From assembly GCF_037042905.1 (NCBI RefSeq), contig NC_087251.1, positions 4,652,001 to 4,716,000 on the forward strand: DNA of 64,000 bases. The letters run 5' to 3'. Positions within the stretch are counted from its first letter, which is position 1, and each line of letters starts with the position of its first letter. Positions 26,701-40,800 of this stretch are shown one piece after another. Origin of the DNA: Lytechinus pictus (Eukaryota). The position numbers and the translations under genes are program-made. Under the pieces are notes generated by a model. It was not told the DNA's origin and did no database searches. It saw only the letters and a program-made list of their open reading frames with translations.

Positions 26701-29700
26701 TCTAACGATATTTATTACTACTTTACAACTATCAACTAGAATAATTTCATACTAACAATATGATATTAGCAATAGTAAATTTTATAAAGCAAAATACCGA
26801 TGGTCGTGATCTTGATGATAATAAAAGAAGACTTTTCAAAAATGTAGTCGAAATGTAGATAATAAATGAGAATATGCCAGATAGACGAGAGGTTATCCGG
26901 GGTCACGGAATTGTCCTTGGCATATGGAAGTTTAGTTTCATGTGACGACATCGCCCTCTAATGTTAGCCCATGACAGGTATATTACTCATGTTCGTAAAC
27001 AACCCTCAAGAAATCACGTGATGCTATGAATAAAAAAGGAATTACCATGAAGATCTTTACAAATATTCCAAACTATGTCCATTATTGTACGTAAATGTTA
27101 CAATGATCGCATTTTCATTCAGCAAAAGAACTTACTCTGTTAGTATTCTAGTTTGAAAACTATAAATTACGACCAGTTCAATAAAAAAAAGTAAATTTCA
27201 TTTGTCATTTGTGTTAAATTCATGCGCATTTTTCAGAATGTTGGTATACTTTACGTGTCAATAAGGTACGGTTCACATACAGGACACTTGTTAAAAAATA
27301 GAACATTTTGAGCAGTCATAGGCATCTTATCAGCTTTCGGTTTCTTTGGGAAACAGAGCAAGGTAAGCACTAATTTGCTTCATATCGTTGGAAAATCTGA
27401 TTATAAAGATGTTCGCTAGCAAGTCTATATCATCATAAAGGAAGTTTAGAGATCTAAGAAGGAAGAGCCGGAAGAGAGTCTGTATGACTATCAATACAAC
27501 ATCTTCCGTTTATCCGTTCATAAACATATTATCACACATTGAAGCTACCTAGGCCAAGAAAGTAGAACCATCGGAACTCACACCGAAGAAGAATAAATAG
27601 TGGGAGAAGCTACCCAAGACAAAAAAGTGATAAAAGATCAAGAAATTAGGCCACGATGGGTCAACGACTTGATGTATATACGTGGGGATTGTAAAGGTGA
27701 GGGTAACGGTCGCTGGGTTGGCCGCCCGACCGGCCGGGCTGAGCATTCCCCGAGGCCCCGCTCTTGATGATAGATGATACTAGGTGCAGGGAAAAGAAGT
27801 AATTTCTTCACGGCGTTTCTGCTCAAGCGTTGATGTGTTGTTGTAAAATGGAATAAGAAATAACAGGAGCATACCAATCTGAGTTAGTTTAGAAACGTGT
27901 TGAGGTTTGAGTCGTCACTGATATATAGGCAATGTTTATTTCGCGGTTTTCTCGGCCAGTTTGTTCGATTGTATATCTTAAGTTTGATGCTAGAAGGATT
28001 TAAGTTAACTTTGCATCACTAAAAGGAAATCGCCGGGTTTTAACAACCCGAGCAAAATAATGACAGGTTCGATGTACACACTTGAAGAAGTTCAAATTAT
28101 GTTTACAAAAACTTTATTTATTAATGGTGACAAAATAAAAAAATACGAAGAAGAAGAAGAAGTAGTAGTAGAAGAAGAAGAAGAAGAAAGATAAAGAAGA
28201 AGAAAACCACTATTTGGCATTTTTATTTTTATGAATCGAATATTTAAATTCTTTAATGGAACCTGTACAAATCCAAGATCAATTTTAAACTTATATTCAG
28301 CTTGGTTTTAGTGTGAGTTAAACTCTTGTATAATCAACGTCTCTAATCATTTGAAAATTCGTGTTGTTTTGCACAAACATGCTTTAAATTTGGTACAATA
28401 ATAAGCCTAGAAGAATCTAAGCAACCTTTCAAACAAAATTAGAATATATTACTATGGAAGTTTACGTTATATATTTGTATATTTCCAATCGTGTTATTTA
28501 GAGAATCATTTGTCTTAAAAACTTTTAAACATCTTGGCTCTTTAACGGGTTAGGGTTCTTCAACTACGTCTTTGTATTTTAGAGTGAAACTGAACATGAG
28601 CATTGTATTATAAAATGTTAATCTCGAGAATAATTTTGATAGTAGGTTAATGGACTATAATCACTACCGTTTTTGGTTGATGATATCAAATTTATGGCAT
28701 GAGGAAGTTTTTCGCGCTTTTAATTTCTTCCGATCTCAGAATAACTTCAAGTTTTACCATAAACTGTGAACCAGTATTCATGATTGTGTTTATCTTTTCT
28801 ACCCGGGAAATTCAGGATATTGTAAGGGAAAGAAATCGTAGGAAAATAAACATAAGGACGACAAAGTTTCAGTGGTCATTACACCGAGAATCGGTCGACT
28901 TATGACCTATTGGCTCAAGTTTACCGAGGAATGAAATATACTGCGTTGTGCATGATTCATGAAAACAGAAAGAGGGGGAAGGAGAGAGAGAGAGAGGGGG
29001 GGGGGGGGCATGAGGTTGATTATCATTAAACGGTCATGTGGTTGCATGCTTTGGCAAGGGTCAATGCTAGGGCTAAGAGGGCGAAGAAATAAATTCTGTG
29101 TATTATTTTTTAGCTGCCATAACAGAACTTCATTGGTCTTTTTCATCTTTAAGTTTATTCGCAAGTTTTTTTGTTTTTTTTTAGAATTTAAATTAACACG
29201 CTCTAGATAGGAAAAAGCAAGTTTGATAAAACGTATAATAATAACTATCATCTTGAAAAATCTATATTTGCTTTGTTTTTGAAGAATCATATATTTGTAT
29301 GATTATTCGACTGGAAATAGTCACAGAAATCATATAACTAACATGGATTATTCCTTTTTTAGCACATGCCCCCATCTTAAATCATCGAAATCACTTAAAT
29401 CCACAATTATACTGTTGTATATATATAGTTGTAATTTTTTATCACACGCGCGGATTTCTAAGGTCTGGACACGCTAGATAAGCACATCGAATATATTCAG
29501 ACAAAATTAGAAGTATAAATGAACTTGTTTAGTTTTACCAAGTGCTCTGCTGATGATGCACATGTTTGATGATGATGGAATGTTTTCATGGTTATATAGA
29601 GAGCTCGTTGTTTGAATACATAATTTATTGTGCTTCTCGTCAGTATTATTTGTTGAAAATAGTGTCGAAGCACAACGTCGAAACTACGTCGTAAATTGTC

Positions 29701-31654
29701 GAGTAAAAGAGTGACAAATGTTTATATCATTACCTGAAAAAATGCTGGACTAAGTGGCACGTTCGGCATAGATAGACACGTTTGATAGCTTCATAAAGCT
29801 TCTATCATAACCATGACAATCATCACCGAACTGGGACGAAGGCTAAAAGCTGAGACTCCTCCCCCCCCCCTCCCTTCATCTTCTGTGAATTTTGAAAGAT
29901 GATTTTGTGATCGTTTTCATTTTCTTTTTTTAGATTTACAAGAAAATAATTCGTAATCTAAGACATATGAAGATATACCATATATACTAATTCTTGTTAC
30001 AGACATACACTTTATATACCCTAAAATCTGGCATCATAAAAACATGTAACGTACATTTCAGATTATCATTCTATGAGTAAAGTTTATGTGGAATTATCCA
30101 TTCACATACGTCAACAGCAAGTAAACCCAAACCTATGATATACGCACTGACAATCATAAATGTCGAAGAACTGAAAATAATATATTCGTCAAGAATAAAA
30201 TATTTCACCAATTTACAATATTCTATGAATGTCTTTCGCAGCACTCAAACAACAAAATCTGATAACGATTTTCTCATCTTTTTACGGAAGTAGGTGGGAC
30301 GAGGACGAATTACCCCGGTCTGGTTTGATACCGTTTCTCATTGGCAAGCGCAGTTTGTATGATAATCAAACACGAACAGATTATTTGCGTTTAAAGAGGG
30401 TATATAATTATGCCGTATACATTTCCAAAATAGAAAACCATTAGGTAAAAAGAACAAAATAACAAATCAGTTTATTTGTATAAAGAAACTTGGATTTGTC
30501 TCCATTTTCACTGTGTATTATAAAAATCAATTGATAGTCTTAACTAGGGATATTTTGTTTAGGATATAATCATGATTCCTATGAAGAAAAGATCATTTTC
30601 TACTATATCTGTTCAAGATGATCATGTAATTACATACATTTATGAATATTGCTGTACATTGCAAACAATTCAAATAATAATATAATTAATATTCTTAATA
30701 CAAATGTATCAGTCCAATTTGACCTTATACCTTTAAAAAAAATTTACCGTTATGAACTTGCGGGTGAAAGATTTCCTATGGCTCTGACGGCTCTGATAAA
30801 CATGATAAGTAGCTGTAACATTGGCATGGAAACGTCAAATCTCTTTTTTCCCTTCGCATTCAAAAGACTGTCTAATATCAGTACTTCGTTGTGACCGATA
30901 TCATTTAGGGAGTTAGAATCAGAGAGAGAGAGATGGGGGTAGGGGCAAGATAGAGAGGGAGAGAGAAGATGTCACAATACATTATCATAACCGGTGTCAT
31001 CTAAATAGTGAGGGGTCCTAGGAGCATGTAGTAGGTCCATGATAGGAGGAAAACGTTTGAAAGAACTGGCGCCCGATAGTGACTTGAAATTCCCCTTCAC
31101 CCACTCCCCTATAGATGATGTCATCCAGAGTTGGTGTGAGACATTACTCAAGGATAGATCCGGGGATTATATCAGGGGATCGGGTGCGGAAAACAACTAA
31201 ATTCAGTTTCATCTAAAATTAGCGGGTTGCGTGGACCGGCTATTAGACCCTACCTTCTATAGCTTGTACTATAAATGGAGAAAGAGAGAGAAACAGAGAG
31301 GGTGGGTGGGAAGGAAAGAAAAAAATGCTTTACCCTTGAAAAAGCTTTATTTAGTCGTCTTAGGTAAAAACCTTTGTAAAATGGATTAGCAAGACACAAA
31401 CCATTTCGAAGAAGCACTGGTGCATGGGGGGGGGGGGGGGGGCTGATGCCCCCACAACCCCAAAACACAAACGCGCAAAATATTGTTTTTATTAACCCAC
31501 ATTTTTTTTTCAACGTATGCTGAGTAATCTCATTTGATTTACATTTATATCCTGCACTGTTATTTTTTTTCTTTCTGAAGCCATATTCATAAAAAAAAAA
31601 AATTATCAAATAACACAAATATATGGATTTCTAGGCTTATTCACCTTACTTCGA

Positions 31655-31800
31655 GATGCCGTGGCCGAGTGGTCGGTGGCCCGTGACTAGACACATGAAA
31701 GTTCGGGGTTCGATCCCCGACTACGGCTCTTGGACTATGCATCGAATCAACTGTGCTCTTTTATCCTTTATTAACATAAATGGAAAAGCTCTAAGCATTC
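31655..31800 (+). mobile_element. tRNA-derived SINE head (Pol III A and B boxes)
   Basis: A box TGGCCGAGTGG (31662-31672) and B box GGTTCGATCCC (31707-31717). There is a T-arm CGGGG-TTCGAT-CCCCG and acceptor-like pairing GCCGTGG (31658) with CTACGGC (31721). The anticodon arm does not pair well, so a SINE or pseudo-tRNA is more likely than a tRNA gene. Confidence 0.7.
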
Positions 31801-34800
31801 TTCCTAACAGTTTCTTCCTAACAGTGTGTGTGTATAAAAATACTGGCTTTTCTTTTTTTTTTTAAGATAAATTTCCTCAAATTATGTAACGTATCAAAAA
31901 TACCCATCTCAATTTTTTCTTTTTAAATCTTTTTGCTTTATAATGCCACTACTCACAACGGGAATAAGATCGTCTGCAAACATGTACAAATAATTAGAGA
32001 CTGATTAAACATCGAACCCTAATTTTAATTTCCTTTGAATTTGATATACTATTCTAATTTTAGAATCCATGCATTTCAAGAGAATCAATGATTAAATGTT
32101 ACTTGTTATAATATTGTAATGGTATGTTAGAGAGCATAATATGATCATATCAAATAAACTACTTAAATAATTTCGACAAGTTTAATATTCTTCTTTTAAT
32201 TGAATTTGTCGTTATGATTGTCTATTATTTACTCAAAATACTGATTTCTTTTGGTCAAGGAATCAACAAAGAGAATACGCTATAGCATTTCATTTTTTTA
32301 ATCGTTGAGGAAAATGAGAGAGTGTCTTCGTTTAAGATTATCTGGGGTATTAAAAGAAAATATGGGTCGCTAACCCGATGGGTCTCGCCATGGATATTTT
32401 GATTTAAAGTCTGCTCAAGGAGCTTGCTCCTGATGTGACATTATTACATTCCATATCCTAATTATTCTAGGGTTTCCATTCAGCTATCAAGTCACCGAGA
32501 ATCCTGTGTTCCACCATAAACCAATCGGAATAGGATGGGTCATAAATATCAACCCAAGACTTGCTCTATTAAACTAATGATGGAGTCTTATGTACTGTCA
32601 TGAACTTCACTGCTTCAGGCGGACCGCGGTCACTCAACCTTGGTCTCCATGGAAACTTAATATGATAAGAAATACCATTTCAGATGATGAACGATTCTGA
32701 AATGAGAATATTTAAAGAACTACACAAAAAAGACATTTTGTAATAAAAAAAAATTGAATGATAGAAAAACTCGAATACAGTTTGACGTGAAATGACATTT
32801 AGACAATTTAGACAAGTATATCAGAAGAAACAGGTACATTCAAATTTAAAGAGACCGTGTGTGTGTGTGGGGGGGGGGGGCTATTTCTAATAGCTTAAAT
32901 TAAGGAATAGGACTTTATGAACGTATACGGAATACGGCTGACCAAATATTTATATAAGAATTTATGTGTGAACATTCACATTTTATTCTTCGCCAAGCTT
33001 TCCCTTGAAATTTAATTTGGGATTATTGAAAATACAGAAAAAACTATTTGAAATAAAACACAATTTATATCATTTGGCACTTCATATACCAGTATTTTGT
33101 AAGGCTGCTTGTCACCAAACAAACAGCTTTGTGAAACATCCCCTGGCTATTTGATATATTCAGAATAGGGGCCCAGATACACTCATAATTCAAATAAAAT
33201 TAATTATCCTCATTATACATGTTATACACTTGATCATATCCTACAATAACACAATTAGCCGAATTTTCGTTTTTGAAAAGATAATTCGTCCAATTAATGA
33301 GGCTAATGCTAAATGGTTTTGTGATTTATATCAGATGTTCTGAGTTGCTGACACTGAACATTCCTTGTTGCGAGAACTGTCGTATACGGCGGAGGAGGGG
33401 GTATTGTTACTGATATATTCTCAAATGACCCAAAGCCTATAAATCAAAGCCAATTAGACAAACGTTTGTTGGATATGAATATAATCGAATTAAATAGAAG
33501 GGGATATGAACACAGACATGAACACAGATGATTGGAAATCCACGAGTCCAAAATGTAGTTAGTTAGCTGGAGGCAAGCAGGGTGAGAGGGTGGGGTGTCA
33601 ATGTACACACATGCACCCCTGACAGACTCTTTCTTTAAAAAATGTACAGTACATTACTGATTGTTCATATGTTTGATGATCATGCGAAATATCGGCCAAC
33701 GCCAAACTCAATGATTTCGTATGGGATCTCTGTAATTGATGCTAATGTCCCAATTCTTTTAAGCATACATGCAGGTGTGATTTTCCATGAGATAAACCAC
33801 ATTAATCGATATAAATCTAAATCAATAAATTTGATTACTTGTGGCTATCTTCCGTAGATGTAGACATATTTTCGTTTAATTCATGTTCTGTTACATGTCA
33901 CACTTTAGCATAATTCAAATTATAATCATTTATATAATAAGATACAATTCATTACATAATTCTGTATAATCAAGAACTACTTAAGCACTTATTAACCATA
34001 CAAACTGGAATATATTGTTTCATTTTCCCTTTGTTTTACATTACAACCATTCTGGTTGGAAATTGATATAAGTGTAACAAAGTGGAATGATTAATGAAAA
34101 AAAAACTACCAGGATAGAAAATAATGACTGTTTTTATGAAAAAAAAAATCCATGCATTTTTTTCTATGAATTATCATAATGTAATATCAAGTATCTACTT
34201 CATTAACAAATAGTGCATGGATGGGAAATACAATAAAGTCTGGGAGGAAAGATAGAGATTTGCGGTAAATGAATGACATCATTTCAAGATGGACAGGGTA
34301 AAGGTTACTCTAGATCAAACTATGACTTCTTGACATGACTCAACTGATTTCACCAAGCCACCTAACATTCCCATCTCGCACCTTCATCACAAAATGCTAA
34401 TCCCTAAGTTATGAAGAGGCGAAAGCAAAAGTAGTACTGGAGGAATCTGCATCGCCAGCGGCGAGGTGCGAATCTTTAGTCGTTCTGCTTTTAGTTAGTG
34501 ATTGGGTTTTTAAGACGCGCGGGGTTCGGATATTTTATAATAGAGTTTTATATTCTCGCGAAAGCTCAGGCCTTCTGAGTTGATGAGAGATTGGTAAAGG
34601 TAGAATGAAATCTGTCAGGGTGGGTGTATGCCTTTGACCCGCTTTCTCTTGTTGAAGTGACAGACAATTTTGGTATAGGGGTCAAAGTCAGCAAATGACC
34701 GGGCATTAACCAAGAGGTTTTTGACCGCTGGGTGGATTCCAGAACTGTACCTGGTCTGGGGGTTGGTCCGTCTAGCTTACAAGTCAGTTATGTTCCGATT

Positions 34801-37800
34801 GTTTGCACACTTAATGCCTCCGTAGTAAGAACGAAAGAAAGAAATCGAGCTTGCATGTCTGTCTTCATCGGTCATTATTACGGATGTTGCTTTGTCTGTA
34901 AACAGTAGCAGCTGCTTGGTTGCACCTGGGCGATCCGTGACAATGTCATTACCCCGGCCCGACAGCCAGCGCCTTCCCTAGATCACCACCACTCGCTTGA
35001 GAGTCTGCAATGCACCCATACGCTAATACACGCACATTGGTACACCAACGCACACGCGCACTAACACACACATTGCGCGCACACAGTCAAGGAAGCCGAC
35101 ATGTTAGCGTGGTTGAAAACACCTTACATGGGAGAAACATGCATCGGTATTCATGATACACCATTAGACATGAGGATAGATTTCTTGGCATGTTTCAGAC
35201 ACTCTAGTCGAGTAGGTAATATTCACATGATCTCGTGACATGAGAAACATTAGAATACCCTGTCGACTGATTTAAAGTGTTTCCTCAGCATTGTATGGCC
35301 GATTCAGCCACTTTCTACTTGCCAATGATATTTTTCTTCAAACTTAACCATGAAATCGAGCTATTTTGCACACATCCACATTTGACTTCAGGCTTTTTGG
35401 AGATTTTTTTGTTTCAAAGTGTAAGATCAAACATATCATAATAATTCAGAATTGAATTTTTTAAATTAAAAATAAGAGAGAAATAATTGGGAAAAATTAG
35501 AACATTAAATATTTGGTTATCTTTGGATTGATAAGATCATTTCATTTTAAAATATTTTTTTATTCATTTATGCGGTTATCTGTATATGTATAGGTGAATC
35601 ATTTGAAATGAAGGGTGCATCCCACCAGCATTCATGTAGGACATGTGTACATCATAGGCCTATTTTCAAAGTCAAAATGTGAAAATGAGAAAGTTTAAAA
35701 ACAAAACAGAAATAAATCTGCTTTCTTTCCATTTTAGTAATCCAAATTGGATACGAGTAATACTTTACCTTTTACCAAACACTTTTTGACTTGTTATGAT
35801 TGCTCCAGTATCATGAAATAATGAAATACTTTCTATTCTAGCTACTACAAGCAAGAAATTGAGTTCTAATAAACAGATCATGAATCGATAAAAATTGGGT
35901 AATGTTTTATTTAGCAAATTTAATTTAAATGTATCCTTTTGCTGTATTTTCATATTTGATCCATTTTTATTGCATGTTTTATGTGAGTATCAAATGACCA
36001 TGAAGATATAAGGGAAACGACCTGTAGTGTAACAACTCTCTGCCAATAACTCCCTGTAGAGCCATTCGACAAGAGAAAAAAATATGTCTTTCTCCTACTC
36101 TCAATCGAAGTAGCTGCTATGAATTACTGCTACGATGTAAGAATAACAAGAGCAATGTCTCCGCTCACTACACCAAGAAGTGACTCCCATCCCAATCGGT
36201 TGCTAGGTTGTTCACCCCGGCCAGACTATCCCGGTAGTTAATCTTCCAGTTACCGGTGGTTGGCTCCTGACGGCTTGTGGTATCCCCTCCCCTGACCAAC
36301 GGCAGCACAATTCGGATGTAACTTATTCATTTAAAATTTGACACGTTTTTCAGTACATTGTTCTTTATAACAGAAAAAAGATACTCAATATAAATCATTT
36401 CACAGAACTAGATCACAGTGTTTACTGTAATTATATTTGAATAGAGCTTTTCAGCAAATATTATGGTTTTATAAAAGTTTATGAGAATCATTGACCTCTA
36501 TGCTTTCTTAAATCGTTAAAATGATTAGAATATCACTTTGCGACATACATTCCTATATTTACGAGGTGGAGTTATTTTGTAGAGTGGAAAATAGAAGTTC
36601 GGGCTCCCTCGGGAAATATTCGGGTCTTCGGGTTATTGACATGATGTCGCCTCTAACCCAAGCTACCTCCCTGAGCAAGTAACAAGAAAACAAGTGTAAA
36701 CATCTGGGTTATGCCAGTAATCCACTCCACTGTTGACTTAAGTCACGGCTAGCTGTAACAAGGATGACATCTTACCAAGAGTTTAGTTCTAGACAGTTTT
36801 ATTTGCTTTTTTTTCAGACTTTCGTGTAGAAAAAGACCTTTCATGTGTCGAAATAACATAGTATTGTTAAAATATGTGTATATGAATAATAATGAAAAAA
36901 AAAATCATATAGTCATAATTATAATTCAAAATTAATATGATGCTACACTTAATTCGATTTGCATTGGTAGTTTATCAACTTATCATCACTAAATCTAATG
37001 ACTTGATGAATGAATGAATGCATAAAAATATTAATTATGTATATATATTGAATAATTAACTAATTGATTGATATGTAACGAAGGAACATATTCTAATTCA
37101 CGAATACTCATCTCCAACAAGGTAAAATCAAGACTGACATTAAGTGAAATGGTATAAATCATTCTGTTTATTGTCAATAAAATATTATGAGCCATTCGAG
37201 ATGAATAATCCAAAACAACTGAATTTGGAAAAAAATTAAACAATCTTATTTACAAACATGCAAGGTATTTCCATATGTGTGAAAATAGTTCAACTTGAAT
37301 GGTAATTTCTATAATTAAACAACGAAAGAGAAATAGAGTGTAGGGCTAATTATTTCACTCTCTAGTTTACCCGTGTGGTTGTTCATGCCTTTTCCTAACA
37401 TGTCTTTAACATTCTGCTCCAACAATGCAAAACTTCTCAAAGTACCAAAATAAAATTATCGATCTAAATGAATTTAAATGCATAAGTAAAAGTGTTTTTT
37501 TTTACGATTCACCTTTGTTCATATCATACTGTAAGCGAAGACTATCCCCCAAAAAAAGTTTTGTGAAGAGGTCATGACACCAGTATTGCTGATTTATGTT
37601 CTTTCACTTCTTTTTGATGCTGTAATCTCAATAGGCAACTTAGCTCGACTGTCAAGTTTAATTTCAAGGGTCGTTTAAAGCGACTGGTTTCGGGCAACAC
37701 CGCCTGCGGCTATAGGTGGTCGATGGCATTAGTTAGCCATGACATTACAGTGGTGGACTTGCCTCCTCACGTGGTTTCTTTCTCCTCCCATAATGCACAG

Positions 37801-40800
37801 CGGAAGTGAGATCACATCTATGGCGTCTGCTACAGTCAATTTCAAACGGGACACTTGAAATGTTTGGATTGAAGTTTTACTTAGTAGGCGCTCGATTATA
37901 AATTAAAGGATAAGCTTATTGTTTATACAACAAAAATAAATTGGCTTTGGTAATCCTATAATCCCCCCCACATATATTCTTAATATCCACATAGTGTTCT
38001 CAACTAATCAAGAAATTACCAAAATGTCTTTTAATTTGTTGTACAACTGAATATGTCTTGCAACAAAATTGGAGCAAAAATTTACAGATGTTTATTAATT
38101 CCAATTTCATTTTAATTCTTTATATTAATATTCTTTCGAAGATGGATTAGCATATTAGATTAAAGAGACGAAAAGTATTAAGATCATAGATTATTAAAGT
38201 ATTTTTAAAAAGCAAACTTTAAGATATATCAATGAAGACTAGACAATGGATTGGTCGCGACTACACGTTGCATGGCTAGACTGAGCTATATTGAGACAAC
38301 ATCTCTCCTCGGTCAATTAGGATCATAATTTGCTTGAAATTCCAGGAGGATTTATGAGGTGTTTCTGTCCTCTCGACGGTTTGATGACATTTTAGGCCAT
38401 TCCAGACTTGACCATGAATGACCGGTCATAAGTGACCACTGCTTGACGCTAACACGTCCCAAAGGTTAGCCAGAACACACTCTGATATTGTAGTGTTGTC
38501 GTGTGGCCAGTCACTCAGCCGGCTCGGTAATCATGGTAATGGTGATATACTGAGCCAAGATTTTCCTTTACGGATCAAGTTATGGAATTCATAAAAAATG
38601 TAAACAATTATAAAATATCATAAGAAATTAATTCAGCTAAGTTGAAATAGGCATTTAGTTTCTTCTAGTTAACAATATTAAATATATAAATAAGATATGG
38701 CACATAGAAACCATACGCCTGTTACGAATACAATAAATCTTATAATCCTTTATAACTTCATTGTATAATTGAAACGACGGTAAATTAAAGGTGAATAGAA
38801 GTCTCTCTGTCTGTTTTCCCTTTTCTTTGTCACACTGATAAGCTATAATAATCGAAATTAATATAGTGGTAAGGGGCAAATATTAAACGAATTTAAGTGT
38901 CATCATAACAAAACAAAGGTGTGAGTAGGGCTTTAATATTTGAGATTCCATGACCCGCAATGAAAAGATCTGATGAAATATTCAGGACCTCTTCTCAACT
39001 CAACCATAGACTGAGTTGCATGGTAAGTGTTATACATCAAATACAGCAGTAGATATACAGCCTGTTGTTCGTTCTCGCAATAGCAGTGTCTGTCTCTCTG
39101 GGTAATCTTAAGTTTTCACTGGTCCCTGTTTTCTTTTCTTTATTCCTGCATCGACGATGGGGTTTCTTTAGCCAGAATGCTTTCTTAGGAATTCATTGCT
39201 CTCGATTCCCGTCGATTCATCCATCGAGAGAATGTCAGAGTTAAGAGAGGACTCCTAGCAGACGACCGGATGAATTCTCAAAACACGAAGGCGGGAAAGA
39301 CATCAGCCCATTTTATCCGTCACCGGGCGAGGGAAACGGGGCGTAGGAGGGCGTGAGAGAAAAAAGATGATGTTTTGTTATACACTGTTATAGGATGAAA
39401 ATATAATAATATAATGATGGGTGATAAGCACTGTCTGTTGTTTGCTAGAATCTTTGTGATATGCATTTAGCAATTAAAGTATGAAATAAGACAAAGGACT
39501 GTTGTACAGAAAGATGAATGCGATATGTAGAACAAGCAAATTAGCGCATTCTGCCAAGTTATATTGATTTTATACCTTCCTTATTAATTGTGCCGAGTGA
39601 GTGAAATTTTACGATCAATTATGGTTATGATACAATATTAACTTCACACATTGCCGAAATATCATTTCATAAAAAAGTAAGAAAGTTTGGAAACTCTGGT
39701 TTTGTCACTCGCATGTTCATAACCTCACCCCTTTGGAAATCTTTCTCCCTAACACTACCCAAACAGAGCCGTGTTCTGAAGACTGATTTCTTCGCTTTCT
39801 ACTGACTCGTAATGAGAACTTCTTCTTCTCTAACATGAATAAGATGAATGGGAGAGGAGAGATCACTATGACGACCTCTTACTGATGCTGGGCTTTCGAT
39901 AATCATCTGCTTACTTGGAGCTCAGATCGCCTGAAAACTGCACCGGGTCATCTCATCTGACCTTGAATAAAAAAAATCTAACGTCTCACTGAACCCTTTT
40001 CCTTATTTTTTCATTCTCTCTCTTTACTTAAAGGTTTAAAATATAAGTTCTTAAGGCTGTTGGAGGATGATTTCAAAATAATATTTTATCATAATTCAAC
40101 ATTTTTCTTTTTAACATGCCAGATTTGTGACAGAATATTACTCATTAAAATTACCTCTCTTTATTCACTCGCCAATATTTCCAGTAATAATAACACCTTG
40201 AAAGACAAAAGTTCTTCAGATGGTTTCATATTTCTTGCTAATGGATTTTGACATCGTTTATTTAGAGTTCATGACTGTAAAACGGATAAGAATGGGTTTT
40301 TTGGTCAAGTTGTTGTTAACACTACGTTGATTGTTTTATTTTTCTTTACGGCAAATGATAATGCTTAAAAACAGATTCTCGTCCAACCAGTAGTTTGCTT
40401 CATATACAGTCTGCTCATTCTCTAACCTTGCCACATGATAGCGATTCCTGCCTAGGTCCATGCTATAAATTTCCCATGATCTCGAAGAAAGGTGACATGA
40501 GAGCTTGTATTCTATATGAGAAAAGCGATGCCGATAGATAGCTTCCAAGCATGAATTATGAGCTCACCAGTGAACGCATATCATTTTCTATCTGCCTTAT
40601 CCCCGAGACTGAAATTAACGGCTAGGATCGAGTTATCGACACGTGATTTTGGTGAAGTTTCGGTGTGGGTTGCTTACTTCATACAATCATGTCGTAAAGA
40701 AAGCATGGTATGCAGAATGAAACATTCCGACCGAAATCAGGATGGACAGATACGCAGCCAGGCCTGAAATGAATCTTCTCTGAAGACAAGACAAGAAGCT

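Noticed and set aside
31655..31730. Functional tRNA gene
   Set aside because: A and B boxes and the T-arm are present, but the D and anticodon arms pair poorly and no oligo-T terminator directly follows the acceptor stem. A SINE head fits better.
3040..32880. Poly-G/poly-C runs as G-quadruplex signals (e.g. 3045, 24146, 25246, 28996, 31426, 32869)
   Set aside because: Simple homopolymers, often within MITE relics or next to (GA)n/(GT)n tracts; no evidence of specific function.
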